Origin: Alphaproteobacteria bacterium
GTDB lineage: Bacteria; Pseudomonadota; Alphaproteobacteria; GCA-2731375
Reading direction: 5' to 3'
Length of the DNA: 64,000 nt
Assembly (NCBI GenBank): GCA_965226475.1
Contig: CBDDDJ010000003.1
Location: forward strand, 139,964-203,963
The translations under genes and the position numbers were made by a program. Below the pieces are notes generated by a model, which searched no databases, was not told where the DNA came from, and saw nothing but the letters and a program-made list of their open reading frames with translations. Below are positions 46,417-56,642 of the stretch, in pieces. How positions within the stretch are numbered: position 1 is the first letter of the stretch; every line of letters starts with the position of its first letter.

Positions 46417-47811
46417 TGTCGAGAACATTTCGAATTGACCGCTTTATGTACCATATGAATTGACCGCTTCTGTTGTGGTTGTTGGGCCTGTGGATAAGTG
46501 GGGAACCCGCCGTGGCGGGTTGTCCACTTATCCACAGGCCGGGCGCGCGTCGAAGCGGTTCACGCGGCCGCTCTGCTGTTCTTGGTTTCGTCGAGGACGG
46601 TGCCGTCGGCCTGATATCGGGCCAGCCGGCGCGGGCCGTGGAAGACCGCCAGGGTGCCGCCGGAGTATTCGTGGACCCGCACCGATGCCTTGACGTAATG
46701 GCGGCGGTGGCGATCCTCCGGGATCTGCAGCACCAGCCGCTTGTAGCGCACCGTGTTGTCGTTGCCGACGATCCGGTCCTCCTGGATGCACAGGATGTCG
46801 TCGAGCGATCCGGTGAAGGGGACAAAGGCCGAGCCCTCGGCTTCGGCCGGCACCGCGAAACGGGCGTTGTGGCGGGGCAGATAAATCTCGCGCAGGAACG
46901 CGTTGGCCTCGGCCATCGTGGTGATGGCGGCCAAGCGCAGTTCCTGCGGCAGGCGATTCTGCAATGTCGCGAACATGCGCTCCGAGCGCCCCCGGGCCTC
47001 GGGGGAGTAGGCCGGGATCAGTTCGATGCCCAGCTGGCCCAGGGCTCGGCCCACCTGGGTCGGGTTGTTCTTGTCCACCTTGCCGCCGGCCTCGGGCGTG
47101 TGCCAGTAGTGCGAGGCCCGGTCGGCGTAGAGCGAGCAGAACAGCCCCCGGACCTCGATCACCTCGCCCAGGGCCCGGAAGCTGCTCATGGTCCCCTCTT
47201 CGTCGACGAAGAAGGCCGAGTAGATCTCGCTGGTTGCGTCATCCATGGTGACGATCAGGTCCCACCACTGCCCGGGAACCCATTGGTGGGTCGAGCCGTC
47301 CTGGTGCAGCATCATGGCGGGCAGGGCGCGGCGCGGCCGCTTGCGCCGGTGCGCGCCTCGCCGCGGTGCCGGACGTTTGCGCCCGTGGGCCTGGAGCGTC
47401 AGGCGGACCCAGTTGTAGCTCCGCGTGAAGCCGTGCTCATCGAGCAGCTTCTCGTGGAAGTGCTTGGCCGTGAAGTCCCAGTAGCGCGTGTCGAACAACT
47501 CCAGAACCTCCATCACCGTGTCCACCGGCACCCGGTGCCCCGAGACCTTGCCCAGCCGGCGGTCATACAGACCCTCCGCGCCTTCCGCCTCAAAGCGACC
47601 CCGCCAGCGCCGGAACGTTCGCTCGCTCATCCCCAGGATCGACGCCGCCTCCGCCTGGCTCAGTCGCCGCCGCTTCGCGCGCTCCAGAATCTCCTCGAAC
47701 TTCATCTGCCGTAGTCCTTGCAACACCTCGGCCCGCTTCATCGCCGCCCTCCTCGAAGGCGACGTTCTAAACCGGACAGATCACATGGTACCTACGGCGA
47801 TCATATCGTGT
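46417..47811 (-). mobile_element. ISNCY-family element, copy 4 (intact), 6 bp from copy 3
   Basis: Same termini as copy 1. Confidence 0.8.
46560..47741 (-). CDS. ISNCY-family DDE transposase
   Basis: 393 aa, identical to 7331-8512. Confidence 0.8.
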   Translation of the reverse strand: MKRAEVLQGLRQMKFEEILERAKRRRLSQAEAASILGMSERTFRRWRGRFEAEGAEGLYDRRLGKVSGHRVPVDTVMEVLELFDTRYWDFTAKHFHEKLLDEHGFTRSYNWVRLTLQAHGRKRPAPRRGAHRRKRPRRALPAMMLHQDGSTHQWVPGQWWDLIVTMDDATSEIYSAFFVDEEGTMSSFRALGEVIEVRGLFCSLYADRASHYWHTPEAGGKVDKNNPTQVGRALGQLGIELIPAYSPEARGRSERMFATLQNRLPQELRLAAITTMAEANAFLREIYLPRHNARFAVPAEAEGSAFVPFTGSLDDILCIQEDRIVGNDNTVRYKRLVLQIPEDRHRRHYVKASVRVHEYSGGTLAVFHGPRRLARYQADGTVLDETKNSRAAA

Positions 47812-48037
47812 GTTAGCGACAGCCTTCCGTGCCCGGCTTGCCCGCGTCGCGCACGTCGACTAGAATTTTCCCGACGCTCGGTGTTGGCGGGTGTCGTCGG
47901 CACAGTCGCTTAACGTGAAATGCCTAAACACGAGATTCGTGCCCTAGCTGCCCAAAGTAATTCGCCGGAATGAATATCCGGCACCAAAGCGCAAACGGCG
48001 GTTGGCGGTTGACGGGTCGGAATGCACGGAGGATACC

Positions 48038-49228
48038 ATGCGAAAATCTTTGACAATCGTTGCCGCGACGGGGTTGGTGCTGTTCGGCGCTTCCCTGGTG
48101 CAAGCGCAAAAATTCGACGACGTTCTAATGATAGGCGCCTATGAACCGATGAGCGGGCCCGGCGCCGCGCTCGGGATCGGCGCCTCGCGCGGCGTCGGCC
48201 TAGCGATCGACGCCTGGAACGCCAAGGGCGGTCTCAAGGTCAAGGGCAAGTCCTACGAAATCAAATACACGGTCTACGACCACAAGTACTCGGCCGAGCT
48301 GGCCGTCGAGGTCGCCAACAAGCTCGTGTTCGACGACAAGATCAAGATCCTGATCACCAATTCGGGCTCGGGACCGACGATCGCGGCGACCGAGGCCGTG
48401 CTGGAGAAGAACAAGATCTTCAATACGACCACGGGCTGGAACCCGAAGGCGATCGGGGCGGACAAGACCTATACCTACAGGGTCTGGGGCACCGGCAACG
48501 AGTTCGGCGCGAGCTTCCTCAAGTGGTGGGTAAAGAACTTCCCCGACAAGAAGAAGATCGCGATCTTCGAGGGCGCGACGTCGGCCGGCATGGCCTCGGG
48601 CGCGCTGATGAAGGTGCACGCGGAGGCCCTCGGCTTCGAAGTCGTGCACGAGGACTACACCGACGAGACGGCGTCCGACTTCTACGCGCCGATAACCGCA
48701 ATGCTGGCCGCGGATCCGGACTTGATCGAAATGTCTGCGACGCGTCCGGGTCACGAAGGCCTGATCGTCAAACAGCTGCACGAACTCGGCTATCAGGGCA
48801 CCATCGTCAGCGCCGGCACCAACCCCGACGAAACGCTGAAGATCGCCGGCGCCGAGGCCATGGAGGGAATGTATCTGTTGCAGTCGATCTCCTACGAGTC
48901 ACCCGACGTCTCGGCAGAACAGAAGGCCTACGCCAAGAAGTACCAGGAGAAGTACAACGAGAAGTTCGTCACCTTCCACAGCGAGAAGATGCACGACGCG
49001 GCGAACGGCGTGTTCGGCGCAATCGAAGCCTGCCAGTGCCTCGATCCGACGGAGCTACGGGACTTCTTCGTGAACTACAGCTGGAAGACCCTGTCGGGCC
49101 AGATGACGGCCTGGGGCGGGGAAGTGACCTACGGCATCAAGCGTCAGATGATCCACTCCCTGCCCATCAATGTCTTCAAGGGCGGCAAGATCCTCACCAT
49201 CGCCTTCGGCATGCCCGAAGTACCGTAA
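48038..49228 (+). CDS. ABC transporter substrate-binding protein, branched-chain amino acid/amide (LivK-type) family
   Basis: Start at MRKSLTIVAATGLVLFGASLVQA (signal peptide). Peripla_BP_6-like. GC is lower than its surroundings. Confidence 0.8.
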   Translation: MRKSLTIVAATGLVLFGASLVQAQKFDDVLMIGAYEPMSGPGAALGIGASRGVGLAIDAWNAKGGLKVKGKSYEIKYTVYDHKYSAELAVEVANKLVFDDKIKILITNSGSGPTIAATEAVLEKNKIFNTTTGWNPKAIGADKTYTYRVWGTGNEFGASFLKWWVKNFPDKKKIAIFEGATSAGMASGALMKVHAEALGFEVVHEDYTDETASDFYAPITAMLAADPDLIEMSATRPGHEGLIVKQLHELGYQGTIVSAGTNPDETLKIAGAEAMEGMYLLQSISYESPDVSAEQKAYAKKYQEKYNEKFVTFHSEKMHDAANGVFGAIEACQCLDPTELRDFFVNYSWKTLSGQMTAWGGEVTYGIKRQMIHSLPINVFKGGKILTIAFGMPEVP

Positions 49229-49373
49229 GGCGTATATCGTAAAGCGGCGCGGGCGTGTCCGTGGCCGGCCCGTATGTGGGCGCCGGCACGCGGGCGGGTC
49301 CGCGTCGTATCTTCCTCGCCCGGCGCACCTATCGGCTTAGAGCTTCGATGCGCGACGCGCGCAAGAGGGCCCG

Positions 49374-50300
49374 ATGAACACGCTGCTTTTCCTACAGACC
49401 CTGCTCAACGCGCTGATGCTGTCCGGGCTCTACGTCATGACCGCGACGGGTCTCAGCCTCGTCCTCGGCGTCCTGCACATCATTAATTTCGCCCATGGCG
49501 CCTTCCTCATGTTAGGCGCCTATCTGGTCTGGATTCTGGTCGATAAGGAGACCACGGCGATCGAATCGATTCCCGAATGGCTGCGCGTCATCGACCTGCC
49601 CTATCCCGTCGCCGCCGTGGTCGCGGTGATCGTCATCGGCGCGCTCGGCGCGCTCGTCAACCGGGTCCTCTATCAGCGCTTCTGGGGCAAGGTGCTGCCA
49701 TGCCTGATCGTCGCGGTCGGCCTTACCCAGGTGATGCAGCAGGGTGCCTTCGTCACCTTCGGTATCCACACCAAGAGCGTGCCGACCTACTTCGAGGGGC
49801 TGGTGGAGATCTTCGGCGCCCGCTTCCCGCTAGAGCGGCTGATGATCATCGTCGTCGCCGTCGCGCTGACTACGGGCCTCCTGCTGTTGCTGCGCTACAC
49901 CAAGTCGGGGCTGGCGATGCGCGCCGTCGCGCAAGACAGTGACGCGGCCGCCGTATCGGGCGTGAACATTCCGCGCACGGCGACGATCGCCATGTTCGTC
50001 GGCTGCGGCATGGCCGCCGCCGCCGCCGCCGCAATCGCCCCCGTATTCACCGTCCACGCCTATATGGCCGAGGGCTACCTGATCAAGGCGTTCATGGTCA
50101 TCATCCTGGGCGGCATGGGCAACATTCCGGGCGCCATTTGGGCGGGCATTCTGGTCGGCTTCATCGACGCCTTCGGCAACGTCTTTTTCGGCTATTTCAC
50201 CCAGATTATCCTGCTCGTCCTGGTCATCGCCGTGATCATCGTCCGACCGACCGGCCTGTTCAGCGGCATCGTGTTCGACGTCTTCACGAGGGATGAATGA
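49374..50300 (+). CDS. ABC transporter permease (LivH-like)
   Basis: 308 aa, multi-TM. Confidence 0.8.
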   Translation: MNTLLFLQTLLNALMLSGLYVMTATGLSLVLGVLHIINFAHGAFLMLGAYLVWILVDKETTAIESIPEWLRVIDLPYPVAAVVAVIVIGALGALVNRVLYQRFWGKVLPCLIVAVGLTQVMQQGAFVTFGIHTKSVPTYFEGLVEIFGARFPLERLMIIVVAVALTTGLLLLLRYTKSGLAMRAVAQDSDAAAVSGVNIPRTATIAMFVGCGMAAAAAAAIAPVFTVHAYMAEGYLIKAFMVIILGGMGNIPGAIWAGILVGFIDAFGNVFFGYFTQIILLVLVIAVIIVRPTGLFSGIVFDVFTRDE

Positions 50301-51322
50301 GCCCCTACGGCACGGAGACGGCGTCGAGGCCAGCCTGGCGGTGGCTCGCGGGCGGGGCTTTCTTCGCCTTTTTCCTCACCCTGCCGATTTGGTTCCAGCA
50401 GGAATACTACCTCCATGCCCTGGTCAATATCTTCATCCATTCGATGGTGGCGCTGGGGTTGCGGCTGCTGTGGCGAACCGGGCTGGTGTCGTTCGGAACC
50501 GCCGGCTTCATCGCTATCGGTGGCTACGTCGCCGGCATGCTCTCGCGCGATGTCGGCATCGGCTTCTGGCTCTCGCTGCCCATGGGCGGTCTTGCCGCCG
50601 CCCTCTTCGCGACCATCCTCGGCATTCCAATCCTGCGGCTCAAAAGTTCCTACTTCTTCCTGATCTCTTGGGCCACGGGCGAGATCATCCGACTGTCCTT
50701 CCTCTACCTCTTCACCCCGGTGTTCGGCGGCTGGCAAGGATTTCGCAAGATCCCGCTGCCCGAAGCCATCGTCCTGCCGGGACTCTGGAACATCGATTTT
50801 TCCCAGAAGGTGCATTGGTACTACCTGGCGTTTTTCCTGCTCTCCCTGACCGTGCTCATCACGACCCGGATCGACTACAGCCGGATCGGCAAGACGATCG
50901 GGGCCCTGAGCGACGCGCCGGACCTCTGCGAGTCGGTTGGCGTTCCGACGATGCATTACCGGGTCTTCGCCTTCGCCACGGCCTGCTTCTTCGCCGGCGT
51001 CGCCGGCGCGGTCTACGGCTCTTTCAACACATTCCTGCACCCGGAAAGCTTCACGATCATCCAATCGATCGAGACGGTATCCTTCGTCATCATCGGCGGC
51101 GCAACGACCGTCTGGGGCCCAATCCTGGGCGTCTTCGTGGTCAAGGGTATCGCCATGGCCGTGCGCGGGCTCGGTGCCTACGAAATCATCTTATCCGGCC
51201 TGATGATGATCCTGGTCATGATCTTCGTTCCCGAGGGATTGTCGGGCTTGCCGAGGCGGATCAAACGCTATCTCGGCCGGCGCCGGGTGGCGGGTCAGAT
51301 GGTGGTGGACCATGGCGACTGA
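50297..51322 (+). CDS. ABC transporter permease (LivM-like)
   Basis: 341 aa. Overlaps the neighbouring genes. Confidence 0.8.
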   Translation: MSPYGTETASRPAWRWLAGGAFFAFFLTLPIWFQQEYYLHALVNIFIHSMVALGLRLLWRTGLVSFGTAGFIAIGGYVAGMLSRDVGIGFWLSLPMGGLAAALFATILGIPILRLKSSYFFLISWATGEIIRLSFLYLFTPVFGGWQGFRKIPLPEAIVLPGLWNIDFSQKVHWYYLAFFLLSLTVLITTRIDYSRIGKTIGALSDAPDLCESVGVPTMHYRVFAFATACFFAGVAGAVYGSFNTFLHPESFTIIQSIETVSFVIIGGATTVWGPILGVFVVKGIAMAVRGLGAYEIILSGLMMILVMIFVPEGLSGLPRRIKRYLGRRRVAGQMVVDHGD

Positions 51323-52076
51323 CCCACTGTTGGAGACCCGGGGGCTGGTCAAGCGGTTCGGCGGCGTCGCCGCGATCGACGGCCTCGACTTCCAGATCCA
51401 GGAGGGTGAAATTCTCGGCGTCATCGGACCGAACGGTTCCGGCAAGACCACGTTGTTCAACGTCGTCACCGGCTTTTTGAAGGCGAACGGCGGCGATGTC
51501 CTCTTCCACGGCGAACGCGTCACGAACTTGGCGCCACACAGGATCGCGAAGCGCGGGATCATCCGCACGTTTCAGTTGAACCTGTTGTTCCGCTCGCTGT
51601 CGGTGATCGAGAACGTGCGCTTCGCCTACCATCTGCAGCGCCAGGGCAACGTATTCGGCGCCTTTCTGCATACCCCCTTCGTAAGCCGCGAGGAAAGAGA
51701 CATCACGGCCCGCGCTGAACAGGTGCTAGAGGCGACGGGCATGACCGATCGCCGCGACCAATTGGCGGGGCAGCTCTCCTATGGCTGGCAGAAGACCCTG
51801 ACGCTGGCGATCGGCCTGGCGTCGCGGCCCAATCTGCTGCTGCTGGACGAGCCGCTGACCGGCATCTCGCCGAGCCGGGTGGAGGCGATTGCCGGCCTGG
51901 TCACCCAGGCGCGGCAATCCGGTATGACCATCTGCATGATCGAACACAACGTCAATTTGCTGATGGACCTCTGCGACCGGATCGTGGCCTTGAACTTCGG
52001 CCGCAAGATGGCCGACGGAAAACCCGACGAGGTGACGCGGGACAAGGTCGTCATCGAATCTTATCTCGGAGCCTGA
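51312..52076 (+). CDS. ABC transporter ATP-binding protein (LivG-like)
   Basis: Walker A GPNGSGKTT, signature LSYGWQK. Confidence 0.85.
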   Translation: MATDPLLETRGLVKRFGGVAAIDGLDFQIQEGEILGVIGPNGSGKTTLFNVVTGFLKANGGDVLFHGERVTNLAPHRIAKRGIIRTFQLNLLFRSLSVIENVRFAYHLQRQGNVFGAFLHTPFVSREERDITARAEQVLEATGMTDRRDQLAGQLSYGWQKTLTLAIGLASRPNLLLLDEPLTGISPSRVEAIAGLVTQARQSGMTICMIEHNVNLLMDLCDRIVALNFGRKMADGKPDEVTRDKVVIESYLGA

Positions 52077-52079
52077 GCG

Positions 52080-52784
52080 GTGCTGAGCATCAAGGGCCTC
52101 TCCGTGCACTACGGCATTTTCCAGGCCATCCACGATCTCGACATGGAGGTCGGGGAAGGCCAGACCGTCAGCCTGCTCGGCGCCAACGGGTCGGGTAAGA
52201 GCACGATCCTGAAGGCCGTCTCTGGCCTAAAGCAGCCGACGGCCGGCGAGATCAGCTTCGAGGGAAAGCGCATCGACGGCGACAAGCCGGAACACATCGT
52301 CCGCCTGGGGATCGGCAGCGTCATGGAAGGCCGCCGCCTGTTTCCCTACATGAGCGTGCTGGAGAATTTGAAAATGGGCGCCTTCGCGCGCCGCGACAAG
52401 GACGGCATCCAGGCCGATCTGGAGCACATGTTCGAGCTTTTTCCGATTCTCAGGGAGAAGGCCAAGGACCGGGCCGGCCTGCTTAGCGGCGGGCAGCAGG
52501 AGATGGTCGCCGTTGCCCGAGGCCTGATGGCGCGACCGAAGCTCCTGGTCATGGACGAGCCCTGCCAGGGCCTGAGCCCGATCATGGTCAAGGAAATCGC
52601 CAGCATCATCCGTGAGATCCACGGCGACGGCATGACCATCCTCCTGGTCGAGCACAACGTGTCCATCGCGCTCGGCGTCGCCGATAAGGTCTATATCCTG
52701 CAGAATGGCACGATCCGCTATGAGGGCAACCCGAACGACTTCACGGAGGACGAGTTCGTGCAAAAGGTCTATCTGGCCGGATAG
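52080..52784 (+). CDS. ABC transporter ATP-binding protein (LivF-like)
   Basis: GTG start, Walker A GANGSGKST, signature LSGGQQEM. Confidence 0.85.
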   Translation: MLSIKGLSVHYGIFQAIHDLDMEVGEGQTVSLLGANGSGKSTILKAVSGLKQPTAGEISFEGKRIDGDKPEHIVRLGIGSVMEGRRLFPYMSVLENLKMGAFARRDKDGIQADLEHMFELFPILREKAKDRAGLLSGGQQEMVAVARGLMARPKLLVMDEPCQGLSPIMVKEIASIIREIHGDGMTILLVEHNVSIALGVADKVYILQNGTIRYEGNPNDFTEDEFVQKVYLAG

Positions 52785-52840
52785 CTCGGGGCGGCACCCG
52801 CGTTGACGTCGGCCGGGGGTTCGGCACCGCGAGCCCTCTC

Positions 52841-54256
52841 TCACCCCGCCCAAAGCCGCTTGGCCATCACCCCCACCCGTGTCTCAATCGCCTCGGCGGC
52901 GTCCAGGATCAGGTCCTCGCGGAAGCGGCGGCCGACGAGCTGGACGCCAATGGGGAGGCCGTCGTTGTGGTTGACGGGGACGATTCCCGCCGGCAGGCCG
53001 AGGAAGTTCATGGCGTAGCTGTAGAGGGCGCTGCCGAGGACTTCCTTGACGCCGTCGGGGCCTTGCGCGTCGCGGTCCCAGGTGAAGATCGGGTTGGGCA
53101 GGAACGGGGTCAGGACCAGGGGATAGTCCTGGAGGAACAGGCTCCAGGCGCGGGAGAAGCGGTTGCGGTCGGCCATGGCGCGGATCAGCTCGTCGCCCTC
53201 GAACGGCGCGAAATAGTCGTAATAGCCATCGAAGATTTGCACGACGGTGTCGCTGCCGTATTTGCGGACATCCGCGTCCATCAGCACCTTGGCCTCGCCG
53301 AAGAGGCAGCGCGCGCCGGCGATCGCCGCCTCGCGCAGCAGCGGCGGTTCCACCTCCTCGACGACATAGCCCGCGTCGGCGAGCGCCTCGCGCGCGGTAT
53401 CGAGGGCCGCCTCGACCGCCGGATGCAGGTCGAACTCGAAGGTGTTCTTGGTGAAGGCGACCGGAATTGGCCCCTCCAGCGCCGGGCCGTCGAAGGGCAT
53501 CTCCACCATCCAGGGATCGCGGGCGTCGTAGCGGATGAGCGATTGCATGCCGAGGCGCACGTCGCGGACCTCGCGCGCGATGACGCCCTGGACGCTCATG
53601 ATCTGGGCCAGCAGGCCGCGCTCGGCGGGGGCGGAAGGGTTGTAGGCCGGCGTGCGGCCCAGGCCCGGCTTCACCGTCGCGACGCCGCAGGCGTAACTCG
53701 GAAAGCGGAGCGAGCCGCCGATATCGTTGCCGTGGCCGAGCGCGCCGATGCCCGCCGCCACCGGCGCCGACGCGCCACCCGAAGAACCACCCGCCGAGGC
53801 CTCCGTGTTCCACGGATTGTGAGTCCGCCCGTGAAGTTCGTTCACCGTGGTGCCGCGAAAGGAGAATTCGGGCGTGTTGGTGCGGCCGATGACGATCGCG
53901 CCCGCCGCCTTCAAGTTGGCCACCACCGGCGCGTCGTCGGGCGCGATGACGTCCTTGAAGGCGGTGACGCCGTTGGGTGTCGCGCGGCCCTTCTGGTCGA
54001 CATTCTCCTTGATGGTGACCGGTACGCCGTGCAGCGGGCCGATCGGGCCGCTTCGGGCCTGGGTCTCGTCGTGCGATGCGGCTTCCGCCAAAGCCGCCTC
54101 GCTCAGATCGTCGACCACGGCGTTGAGGTGGCCGTTCACCTCGGCCATGCGTTCGACCGCGCCGGTGACGGCCTCCGTGCTGGTGATTTCCTTTTCGGCG
54201 ATGGCCTGAGCCAGTTCGGTCGCGCTCCACTGCCACGGGGGTCGGGGGTCGGTCAT
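52841..54256 (-). CDS. Amidase (amidase-signature family)
   Basis: 471 aa with an AS signature region (GGSSGGASAPVAAGIGALGHGNDIGGSLRFPS). Confidence 0.85.
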   Translation of the reverse strand: MTDPRPPWQWSATELAQAIAEKEITSTEAVTGAVERMAEVNGHLNAVVDDLSEAALAEAASHDETQARSGPIGPLHGVPVTIKENVDQKGRATPNGVTAFKDVIAPDDAPVVANLKAAGAIVIGRTNTPEFSFRGTTVNELHGRTHNPWNTEASAGGSSGGASAPVAAGIGALGHGNDIGGSLRFPSYACGVATVKPGLGRTPAYNPSAPAERGLLAQIMSVQGVIAREVRDVRLGMQSLIRYDARDPWMVEMPFDGPALEGPIPVAFTKNTFEFDLHPAVEAALDTAREALADAGYVVEEVEPPLLREAAIAGARCLFGEAKVLMDADVRKYGSDTVVQIFDGYYDYFAPFEGDELIRAMADRNRFSRAWSLFLQDYPLVLTPFLPNPIFTWDRDAQGPDGVKEVLGSALYSYAMNFLGLPAGIVPVNHNDGLPIGVQLVGRRFREDLILDAAEAIETRVGVMAKRLWAG

Positions 54257-54290
54257 GTCGACATCTCCGGTTGTCGGTTGCCGACAACGA

Positions 54291-55574
54291 CTATCGGCGC
54301 GAATGCCGCGATTGGGAAGTCCGGGAGAGCCGGCCGGAAGCCACGACCGCCAGGATCGAGGCCACGGCGAAGACGGCGGCGAGCAGGAAGACGAAGCCCG
54401 GCTCGCCGATGTCCCGGACCCAGCCGAAGACGGGTGGCGCGAGTGAGATGCCGAGGGAATAGCCGACGAAGACGAAGCCGAAGACCTTGCCGACGGACTC
54501 GGGCGGGATGATTGCCTTCAGTTGGAGATCGCGCGCCGGGAGGGCGGCGCCCAAGCCGATGCCGACAATCGTCATGACGGCGACGATGACAATATCGTCG
54601 AGCCGGAACATGGCTGGCAGCACGACGGCGAGGGCCGCGAGCAGGAGCGCGCCCGCGATCGTCATCATATGATTGTGGTAGCGGTCGACAACGAAGCCCG
54701 CAACCGCGATGCCGATGACCACGCCGAACAGATGACCGGTGAGCGCCAGGTTCGCCGCATCGAGGCTCAGGCCGTGCAGATCGATCAGGCTGGCGGCGGT
54801 GAACGCCAGCAGCCCGCCGCTGGACATGCCGTAGAAGACGAAGAAGGCGAGGAACAGCAGGATCGGCGGGCTCGCCAGGATCTCGAGTTCGTCGACGAGA
54901 CGGGCGCCATTACCGGCCTCCGCGCGCTCGCCGGTCTCGTCGCCGTCCGAACAGTCGAGCAGCCGCTGTCGCAGGAGCATGACGACGACGACCAGCAGCC
55001 CGACCAGCCCCAGGACCATCATGGCCTGGCGCCAGTCCATCCATTGGATCATGGCGAGAATCGTGACGGGGGCGCAGGCGCAGCCCAGGAAGCCGGAAAA
55101 GGTGTGGACGGCGGAAGTGCGCCCGAGGCGCTTCGCGCCGATCTTCTTCGACAGGATGGCGTGGTCGGCCGGATGGAAGACGCTGTTGCCGATCCCGGCG
55201 AGCACCGAGAGCAACAGCAGTATCCCGAACCTGTCCGAGAAGCCGATCAGCAGGATCGCCGCCGAATTCAGGCCCAGGCCGAGGACGAGAACATGGCTCG
55301 GACCGCGCCGGTCGACCAGAACGCCGACCGGGGCCTGCAGGACGCCGCCGAGCAGCGCATAGGCTGTCACCGCCAAGCCCAGTTCGGCATAACTGACGGA
55401 GAATTCCTGCTTCAGGATCGGAAACAGCGGCGGCAGCAGAAGGGCATGGAAGTGACTGAGAAAATGGCCGGCGCCGATCAGGCCGACCACGGCGACTTCG
55501 CCGGCCCGGCCGCCGGCCGCTCCCTCGTCTTGGTTGTGTCCCGGTCCGCGCTTCCACCACGACGTCGCCATCAA
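54291..55574 (-). CDS. MFS transporter
   Basis: 427 aa, 12-TM pattern. Confidence 0.75.
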   Translation of the reverse strand: MMATSWWKRGPGHNQDEGAAGGRAGEVAVVGLIGAGHFLSHFHALLLPPLFPILKQEFSVSYAELGLAVTAYALLGGVLQAPVGVLVDRRGPSHVLVLGLGLNSAAILLIGFSDRFGILLLLSVLAGIGNSVFHPADHAILSKKIGAKRLGRTSAVHTFSGFLGCACAPVTILAMIQWMDWRQAMMVLGLVGLLVVVVMLLRQRLLDCSDGDETGERAEAGNGARLVDELEILASPPILLFLAFFVFYGMSSGGLLAFTAASLIDLHGLSLDAANLALTGHLFGVVIGIAVAGFVVDRYHNHMMTIAGALLLAALAVVLPAMFRLDDIVIVAVMTIVGIGLGAALPARDLQLKAIIPPESVGKVFGFVFVGYSLGISLAPPVFGWVRDIGEPGFVFLLAAVFAVASILAVVASGRLSRTSQSRHSRR

Positions 55575-55685
55575 TCCGTGATTGCAGAGGTGTTGACTGA
55601 AATTTGGCCGTATTGAAAGCGCTAATTCAGGACTGTCGGGTCACGCCAGTTCGCGCGACGAGGTCGCGTTTGGGTCGGTATGGAG

Positions 55686-56624
55686 TCAGAATTCGATGAC
55701 CAATCTTCCCCGCGCGCCGCCTGCCTCCAGGCGGGCGTGGGCTTCGCCGGCACGCTCCGGTGGCACGGTATCGGCGACGCGCAAGGTGACGGCGCCATCC
55801 TCCACCTGCTGGCGGAGGCGGTCGAGCATTTCATACTCGCCGTCGTAGGTGCGCACAAAGGTCTGGGTGAAGCGGATTCCGCGCTCGCCCGTGCCCTGGT
55901 AGCCGCGCACCGACGTGAAGGCGCCGCCGTCGCGGACCGCCGGAATCACCAGTTCGTTCTGCACCGCGCCGTCGGCGAGGCCGTCGACGCCGTCTGGGAA
56001 AAGCGCGCGAATCCGCTGGGCGACATCATTGCCCCGCTCGACCACGATTTCGGCGCCGAGGGCGGCGACCAGCGATTCATCGGCCTCCGAGGCATCGGCG
56101 ATCACGGTCAGCCTCTCGGTCTTGGCGAGCTGGATGACATAGCCGCCGTAGGCGCCCGCCGCGCCGGTGACGGCGAGGCTTTGGCCGGGGACGAGAGCAA
56201 GCAGGTCCAGCGACTGGCGCGCCGTCAGCCCGTTCATCGGCAGGGTGCAGGCCTCGACATGGCTGGTGCCGGCGGGGGCGGGGACCACCGCGCGGGCCGC
56301 CAGCACGATCTGTTCGCGGTAGGCGCCGTGGCTCGCCTTCGGCGACACCAAGGCCATCACCCGGTCGCCGAGCTTGACGCCCGTGGTGACGCCGTCGCCC
56401 ACCTGGTCGACGATCCCGGCCGCGTCCATGCCCGGTATGTAGGGCGGCGGGTCGGCCTTCTGCTGCTCGGCCCGGCTGCCGTTCCGCGCCATCGTGTCGG
56501 TCGGGTTCACCGCCGCCGCGTACACCCTGAGGCGCACCTGGCCGGGGCCGGCGTGAACCTCGGGCAGGTCGACGACCTCGAGAACCCCGGGACCGCCGTG
56601 GGTCATCAGTCCAACCGCGCGCAT
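55686..56624 (-). CDS. Zn-independent medium-chain dehydrogenase/reductase, NADPH:quinone oxidoreductase-like
   Basis: 312 aa ([17 protein letters not shown] Rossmann motif). Confidence 0.75.
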   Translation of the reverse strand: MRAVGLMTHGGPGVLEVVDLPEVHAGPGQVRLRVYAAAVNPTDTMARNGSRAEQQKADPPPYIPGMDAAGIVDQVGDGVTTGVKLGDRVMALVSPKASHGAYREQIVLAARAVVPAPAGTSHVEACTLPMNGLTARQSLDLLALVPGQSLAVTGAAGAYGGYVIQLAKTERLTVIADASEADESLVAALGAEIVVERGNDVAQRIRALFPDGVDGLADGAVQNELVIPAVRDGGAFTSVRGYQGTGERGIRFTQTFVRTYDGEYEMLDRLRQQVEDGAVTLRVADTVPPERAGEAHARLEAGGARGRLVIEF

Positions 56625-56642
56625 GGGAGATCCTTTCCTCTC

